Part shown: positions 16,528-21,338 of the stretch, one piece after another | Position numbering within the stretch: position 1 is the stretch's first letter | Layout: the number at the start of each line of letters is the position of its first letter | NCBI GenBank assembly: GCA_040756235.1 | Contig: JBFLZG010000111.1 | Coordinates: 1 to 21,338 of the forward strand | Source of the DNA: a bacterium | Lineage (GTDB): Bacteria; Desulfobacterota; DSWW01 | Direction: 5' to 3' | Length of the DNA stretch: 21,338 bases | Notes under the pieces: model-generated | What the model saw: the letters and a program-made list of their open reading frames with translations, nothing else | Told to the model about the DNA's origin: nothing | Database searches by the model: none | Program-made: the position numbers and the translations under genes

Positions 16528-16641
16528 CGTCATTCCGGCGAAGGCCGGAATCCAGTCCCTGTACCGCGCATTGCAGTTGCCCTTGAAGCATCCTTCTGGA
16601 TCCCGGCTTTACACGCGCTCCGCACATGGGCCGGGATGACG
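16528..16641 (+). repeat. CGTC-type REP doublet, copy C
   Basis: CGTCATTCCGGCGAAGGCCGGAATCCAGTCCCTG...CTTCTGGATCCCGGCT...GGGCCGGGATGACG. A degenerate extra arm ends at about 16509. It lies between convergent genes. Confidence 0.88.
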
Positions 16642-16664
16642 GAAACGAGCCAGGACTCCAGCCT

Positions 16665-17105
16665 CTAGAACGCCCCGAGCTGGCACGGCTTAATCCGCAC
16701 GCCCAACTTCTCGGCGGCGCTCGAGACCTCCATTCTCCTGAGCCCCAGCGCCTCGGCAATGGCCCACGCATCCGCGCAGGCCAGCCGGCCATCCGCCAGC
16801 TTTTCCCGGATCGCCTTTTCCAGCTCCGGCGATACGGTCGCCGCGGGCTCGAGCGCCTTCCCGCCTTCCTTGGAAGGATAGCCGAAGAGGCCGAGCTGGC
16901 ACCGAACCAGCCTCACTTCGAGAAGGTCGATCGTCCTTCCGACCCGTGAAGGCTCCGCCCCGCTCTCGGAGACGATTTCGAATGCTGCACTGCACGCGAT
17001 GGTGCTCCGTACGGCCTTCTTCCGCACGGCCTCGGCCAGGCGCTGGTCCGGCCGCTCGCCGGACGGGTGTTTCCTGGAGTAATGGGGAGCGTCTTCGTGA
17101 GCCAT
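16665..17105 (-). CDS. Hypothetical protein with two C-x-x-A...CQLGxF repeats
   Basis: Internal duplication IACSAAFEI...RCQLGLFG and LACADAWAI...PCQLGAF. AAGGAG RBS before MAHED. Confidence 0.85.
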   Translation of the reverse strand: MAHEDAPHYSRKHPSGERPDQRLAEAVRKKAVRSTIACSAAFEIVSESGAEPSRVGRTIDLLEVRLVRCQLGLFGYPSKEGGKALEPAATVSPELEKAIREKLADGRLACADAWAIAEALGLRRMEVSSAAEKLGVRIKPCQLGAF

Positions 17106-17268
17106 GTCGCGTCTCCTTGGAATGGTCACACAGGGCCTGTCGTTTTCGATTCTCGTGCAATTCTAGCAGAACGCCCGCCCCGTTCCAGCACCCGGTGGTG
17201 CCACCCGCCTTCCAAAGGTTCCAGGGTCCGTTGCTCCGGACCTGTCTGCACCAGCCCCTGGTTCCGGC

Positions 17269-17297
17269 TTGACCGGTCCGGTGTCCTTCGCTATAGT
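17269..17297 (+). promoter_or_regulatory. sigma70-type promoter of the glycosyltransferase operon
   Basis: TTGACC, 17 nt, TATAGT, overlapped by the dyad ACCGG-T-CCGGT. Confidence 0.6.
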
Positions 17298-17402
17298 GAT
17301 GCCGCACTGCGCAGCATGACTTTCCATAATATTGTAATAATAACAATTAGATCTGACACTCGTACTCTTTTCCGTCGGCAGCGGACGAGCATATCCCACG
17401 TG

Positions 17403-18698
17403 ATGAGCGCGGCATCGCACCCCATGAGCCGAGCCAGAGGCGCGGCAGACGAACCCCTTCGCATCTGCCTGCTCACCTACCGCGGCAAGCCGACGTGCGG
17501 CGGCCAGGGCGTCTACGTGAGGAAGCTCAGCCGGGCCTTGAGGGATCTCGGGCACGAACCGTGCGTGGTCTCCGGCCCTCCTTATCCCGAGCTGGACGAG
17601 GATATCCCGCTCCACCGGCTCCCCAGCCTGGACCTGTACAACCCCGAAGACTTGTTCCGCACGCCCCGTCTGCGCGAGCTCTGCTCTTTCATCAACATGG
17701 TGGAGTGGGTGGGCGTATCGACCCAGGGCTTTCCCGAGCCCCTCACCTTCGGCATCCGGGCGTATTGCTTCCTGCGCGCGAAGAGGGGCGTGTTCGATGT
17801 GGTCCACGACAACCAGTCCCTCTCTTACGGGCTCCTGGGGATCCGCCGCATGGGGGTCCCGCTCGTGGCCACCATTCACCACCCGATCACGGTGGACCGG
17901 GAAGCAGAGATCCGGAGCGCCCGCGTCTGGTGGAAGAAGCTCAAGGTGATGCGGTGGTACAGCTTCCTGCCCATGCAAGCCAGGGTTTCCCGCCGCCTTT
18001 CCTACATCATCACGGTTTCGGAAAAGTCCAGAGAAGACATCTCCGCGGCCTTTCAAGTGCCGGCGGAGAGGTTCCGGGTGGTGCCCAACGGCATCGACAC
18101 GAGCCTGTTCCGTCCGCTTCCCCACGTCCGCCGTGAGGAAGACCGCCTGATCGTGACCAACAGCGCGGACATGCCTCTGAAGGGGATGCGCTTCCTTCTC
18201 GAAGCGGTGGCCTCGATCGCCCGGCGCCGGGCCATCCGGCTCACCGTGGTCGGGACCCCCAAGAAGAATGGAGAGATCGAGCATCTGGTTAGAGACCTCG
18301 ACCTCGGCCGCATCGTGGAGTTCACGGGCCGCATCGGCGACGAAGAGTTCCCACGTTATTATGCACGTTCCACGCTCGCCGTGATCCCTTCCCTGTACGA
18401 GGGCTTCGGGCTGCCGGCAGCAGAGGCCATGGCGTGCGCCATCCCCGTCGTCAGCACCACGGGAGGCGCACTGCCGGAAGTCATCGACAGCGCCGGAGTG
18501 CTCGTGCCCCCAGGGAACACTCGAGCCCTCGCCGAAGCCATCCTGGCCCTGCTCGACGACCCCGAACGCAGGCATGCGCTCGCGCGCGCCGGCTACGATC
18601 GAGTCCAGAGGCTTTACACGTGGCAGCGCGTCGCAGAGCGGGTCGCCGACGTCTACCGAGAGGCCATCGTTGATCACTGTCGACTTTTCCCGGCTTGA
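17403..18698 (+). CDS. GT4 glycosyltransferase (ManT-like)
   Basis: LRICLLTYRGKPTCGGQGVY, SGPPYP, GFPEPLTF, HDNQSL, TIHHPIT and EGFGLPAAEAMAC (EX7E motif). Start uncertain (17403 or 17424). Confidence 0.9.
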   Translation: MSAASHPMSRARGAADEPLRICLLTYRGKPTCGGQGVYVRKLSRALRDLGHEPCVVSGPPYPELDEDIPLHRLPSLDLYNPEDLFRTPRLRELCSFINMVEWVGVSTQGFPEPLTFGIRAYCFLRAKRGVFDVVHDNQSLSYGLLGIRRMGVPLVATIHHPITVDREAEIRSARVWWKKLKVMRWYSFLPMQARVSRRLSYIITVSEKSREDISAAFQVPAERFRVVPNGIDTSLFRPLPHVRREEDRLIVTNSADMPLKGMRFLLEAVASIARRRAIRLTVVGTPKKNGEIEHLVRDLDLGRIVEFTGRIGDEEFPRYYARSTLAVIPSLYEGFGLPAAEAMACAIPVVSTTGGALPEVIDSAGVLVPPGNTRALAEAILALLDDPERRHALARAGYDRVQRLYTWQRVAERVADVYREAIVDHCRLFPA

Positions 18699-19428
18699 GC
18701 TGCACCCCGGCTTCCGGGTTCTCGACGCGGGTTGCGGCCAGGGCCGCCATCTGGCCGAGGCCTTCCGCAGGCAGGATGTCCACGTGGTCGGACTCGACCG
18801 GAACCCCGCGGACGCCGTGAAGGCGCGCAACCTGCTCCGGATCATGGAGCACGAAGGGGAGGGCGGCAACGGCTCCTGGAAGGTCTTCGTGGGAGACGTC
18901 ACGAGCCTCCCCTTCAGCGACGCAGCCTTCAACCTCGTGGTCTGCTCGGAGGTCCTGGAGCACATCGCCGAGGACGCGCGGGCCATCGACGAGATCGCCC
19001 GCGTCCTCAAGCCGGGTCAATGGCTCGCCGTCAGCGTCCCGAGGTTCCTGCCGGAATCGATCTGCTGGATGCTTTCCAAGGCTTACCGGACCGAGCCCGG
19101 AGGGCACGTCCGGATCTACCGGAGGCGCGATCTCATCCGCCGGCTCGAGCGCTCGGGCCTGACTTGTGTCTCCACCGGCTGGGCCCATGCCCTGCACAGC
19201 CCGTACTGGTGGCTCAAGTGCCTGGTCGGCCCGAAAAATGAGGCCTCCCGTCTGGTCAAGTGGTACCATGCCTTTCTCGTGTGGGATATCGTGAAGCGTC
19301 CCTGGCTGACCCGGAAGCTGGAGAAGATGCTCAACCCGTTGATGGCGAAAAGTTGCGTGCTCTACCTCAGAAAGGATGGCGGGAATGGATCCGGAGAATT
19401 CGCCGCGCGCGAAAAGTCTTCCGATTGA
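18670..19428 (+). CDS. Class I SAM-dependent methyltransferase
   Basis: LDAGCGQGRH motif I, LPFSD, SEVLEHI, GGHVRIY and HALHSPYWWLKC. TTG start after GAGAGG overlaps the GT4 3' end. Confidence 0.9.
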   Translation: MITVDFSRLELHPGFRVLDAGCGQGRHLAEAFRRQDVHVVGLDRNPADAVKARNLLRIMEHEGEGGNGSWKVFVGDVTSLPFSDAAFNLVVCSEVLEHIAEDARAIDEIARVLKPGQWLAVSVPRFLPESICWMLSKAYRTEPGGHVRIYRRRDLIRRLERSGLTCVSTGWAHALHSPYWWLKCLVGPKNEASRLVKWYHAFLVWDIVKRPWLTRKLEKMLNPLMAKSCVLYLRKDGGNGSGEFAAREKSSD

Positions 19429-20506
19429 CGTGAACGCGCTGGGCCTGCTCATCGCAAGGACCCAGCGGGAGAGCGGCGAGATCCCCTGGCATGAAGGTGG
19501 GAAGACGGACCCCTGGGATCTCGTCGAGGCGGCCATGGGCCTCACCGTGGCCGGCTGTTTCCGGGAAGCGAGGTGCGCCTTCGAATGGATGGCGGGCGTG
19601 CAGCTCGAAGACGGCAGCTGGTACGCCGCCTATCGGGACGGCGTGCCGGAAGACCGGACCCGGGACGCGAACATGTCCGCGTACATCGCCGTGGGCGTCT
19701 TCCACTACTATCTGGTGACGCAGGACGCCGCGTTTCTGCGCAGGATGTGGAAGCCGGTGCGATCGGCCCTCGATTTCGTCCTGAGCCTCCAGGCGCCGAG
19801 CGGTGAGATCTACTGGGCCATCTCCCCCGGGGGCGAGGTGGATCCCATGGCGCTCCTGACCGGCTCGAGCTCCATTTTTATGAGCCTGAAGTGCGGCCTC
19901 GCCATCGCGGACCGGCTCGGCCGCGACCAGCCTGCGTGGCGCAGGGGCCTGGTCGAGCTGGGCAAGGCCATCCGGCACAAGCCGTACGTCTTCAACATGA
20001 CCAAGGCCCGCTACTCGATGGATTGGTTCTACCCGGTGCTGTGCGGCGCCGTGACCGGGGCCGAAGCACGCAAGAAGATCGAGAGGCACTGGAAGAAGTT
20101 CGTCGCCAACGGGCTCGGCGTCCGCTGCGTCTCCGACCGGCCCTGGGTGACGATTGCGGAGAGCTGCGAGCTCGTGCTGGCCCTGGCGGCCATCGGACAG
20201 CGCAAGCTCGCCATGCTCCTGTTCAACTGGATCCAGGACCGGACCTTCGACGACGGCTCGTTCTGGTGCGGGTTCACGTTCCCGGACAGGGTCATCTGGC
20301 CCGAGGAAAAGATCACCTGGACCAACGGCGTGGTGCTGATGGCCGCTGACGCCCTGTTCGAGCTGACCCCGGGGAGCCGGCTGTTCGATCACGGCTTCTG
20401 GAGATGGCACGCGGCCAGGGCCGGACGCGAAGGCCGGTGCCCCGCAGCCTCCGCCGATGCGCCGTGCGGCGGCGAGGAAGAGATGACCTTGAGCAGCTTC
20501 GAGTGA
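19376..20506 (+). CDS. Prenyltransferase-like alpha/alpha-barrel protein, probably a glycoside hydrolase (MmpH-like)
   Basis: Q..SGEIPW, DPWDLVEAAMGL, QLEDGSW repeats, YSMDWFYPVL, PWVTIAESCEL and WPEEKITWT. Confidence 0.75.
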   Translation: MAGMDPENSPRAKSLPIDVNALGLLIARTQRESGEIPWHEGGKTDPWDLVEAAMGLTVAGCFREARCAFEWMAGVQLEDGSWYAAYRDGVPEDRTRDANMSAYIAVGVFHYYLVTQDAAFLRRMWKPVRSALDFVLSLQAPSGEIYWAISPGGEVDPMALLTGSSSIFMSLKCGLAIADRLGRDQPAWRRGLVELGKAIRHKPYVFNMTKARYSMDWFYPVLCGAVTGAEARKKIERHWKKFVANGLGVRCVSDRPWVTIAESCELVLALAAIGQRKLAMLLFNWIQDRTFDDGSFWCGFTFPDRVIWPEEKITWTNGVVLMAADALFELTPGSRLFDHGFWRWHAARAGREGRCPAASADAPCGGEEEMTLSSFE

Positions 20507-20520
20507 GGCCCGGCCGCGCC

Positions 20521-21243
20521 GTGCAAAAGGACCACCGCCCCTATTCCCTCAAGAGAGCGCACCTCGAGATGCGCCGGCTCTACGTCCGGCGCTTCCTGGC
20601 CCCGCAGTTCACGCGCCTGGGCAAGGGCTACACCTTCATGCAGCCCCGGCACGTGTCCGTGTTCGGCGCCCCGATCGAGCTGGGCGACTACGCGAACGTG
20701 ATCGCCACGCCGGACCACAAGGTGCGTCTCACCGTCTGGTCGGACCGCAAGGACCGGGGCGGGATCCGGATCGGCGACTACTGCCTGATCTGCCCCGGCG
20801 TGCGGATCAGCTCCGCCTATGGAATCACGATCGGCGACAACTGCATGCTGGCGGCCAACGTCTATGTGACGGATTCCGACTGGCACGACGTCTACGACCG
20901 GATCGCCACCATCGGCAAGAGCGCTCCGGTCACGATCGAGCCCAACGTGTGGATCGGCGACAGCGCCATCGTCTGCAAGGGGGTCACGATCGGAGAGAAC
21001 AGCGTGATCGGCGCCGGTGCGATCGTCGTGGACGACGTCCCGCCGAACACCGTGGCGGCCGGTAATCCCGCGCGCCCGGTCAAGGAGCTCGATCCCGGGC
21101 TTCCGATCATCAAGCGGGAAGACTGGTTCCGCGATCCGGCCGAGCTCGCCCGCCGGATCGACGAGATGGACCGGGACATGCTGCGCGGGAACACGCTCCT
21201 CGGCTGGCTGCGCTCGGTGCTGTTCCCGGCCAGGGGAGATTGA
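20521..21243 (+). CDS. Hexapeptide-repeat (left-handed beta-helix) O-acyltransferase
   Basis: IGDYC/IGDNC/VWIG/IGENS repeats, DSDWHD and AGNPAR. GTG 20521 is preferred over the ORF-track start that overlaps the previous gene. Confidence 0.88.
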   Translation: MQKDHRPYSLKRAHLEMRRLYVRRFLAPQFTRLGKGYTFMQPRHVSVFGAPIELGDYANVIATPDHKVRLTVWSDRKDRGGIRIGDYCLICPGVRISSAYGITIGDNCMLAANVYVTDSDWHDVYDRIATIGKSAPVTIEPNVWIGDSAIVCKGVTIGENSVIGAGAIVVDDVPPNTVAAGNPARPVKELDPGLPIIKREDWFRDPAELARRIDEMDRDMLRGNTLLGWLRSVLFPARGD

Positions 21244-21252
21244 AGCACGGGA

Positions 21253-21338
21253 CGTCATTCCCGCGAAAGCGGGAATCTCACCGTTGCGAAGGATCCGGGA
21301 GGGGGACTATCCGGAGATTGCGAGCGTAGCGAAGCAAC
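21253..21338. repeat. CGTC-type REPs downstream of the acyltransferase
   Basis: CGTCATTCCCGCGAAAGCGGGAATC (21253-21277) and GATTGCGAGCGTAGCGAAGCAA (from 21316). Confidence 0.75.

Overview
GC-rich bacterial chromosomal window; gene content and repeat types suggest a Deltaproteobacteria/Desulfobacterota-like organism (inference). Four blocks are visible. (1) A minus-strand operon (4473 to <1) encodes a three-Cys TIGR04076-like protein, a non-canonical M24 (creatinase/EutD-like) hydrolase, an MFS transporter, a saccharopine-dehydrogenase-like reductase and an exported protein. Its sigma70-like promoter is overlapped by a perfect 42-bp palindrome. (2) queC and a PuuB-like FAD oxidoreductase. (3) A plus-strand acetoin/diol-type catabolic cluster: E1-alpha, E1-beta, E2, Lin0512 protein, Nudix hydrolase, Zn-type MDR dehydrogenase, SDR, a probable 34-aa membrane peptide, acoX and arsC. 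No E3 gene or activator lies in the window. (4) A two-repeat CQLG protein divergent from a GT4 / methyltransferase / prenyltransferase-like barrel / acetyltransferase operon that resembles the actinobacterial methylmannose polysaccharide (MMP) locus. Most large intergenic gaps carry small palindromic repeats from at least four families: CGTC-type REP doublets, GTAG-type REPs, BoxC-like repeats and a TIR-bearing MITE. No CRISPR array, rRNA, tRNA or transposase was seen. Family assignments come from motif recognition only, with no database search.
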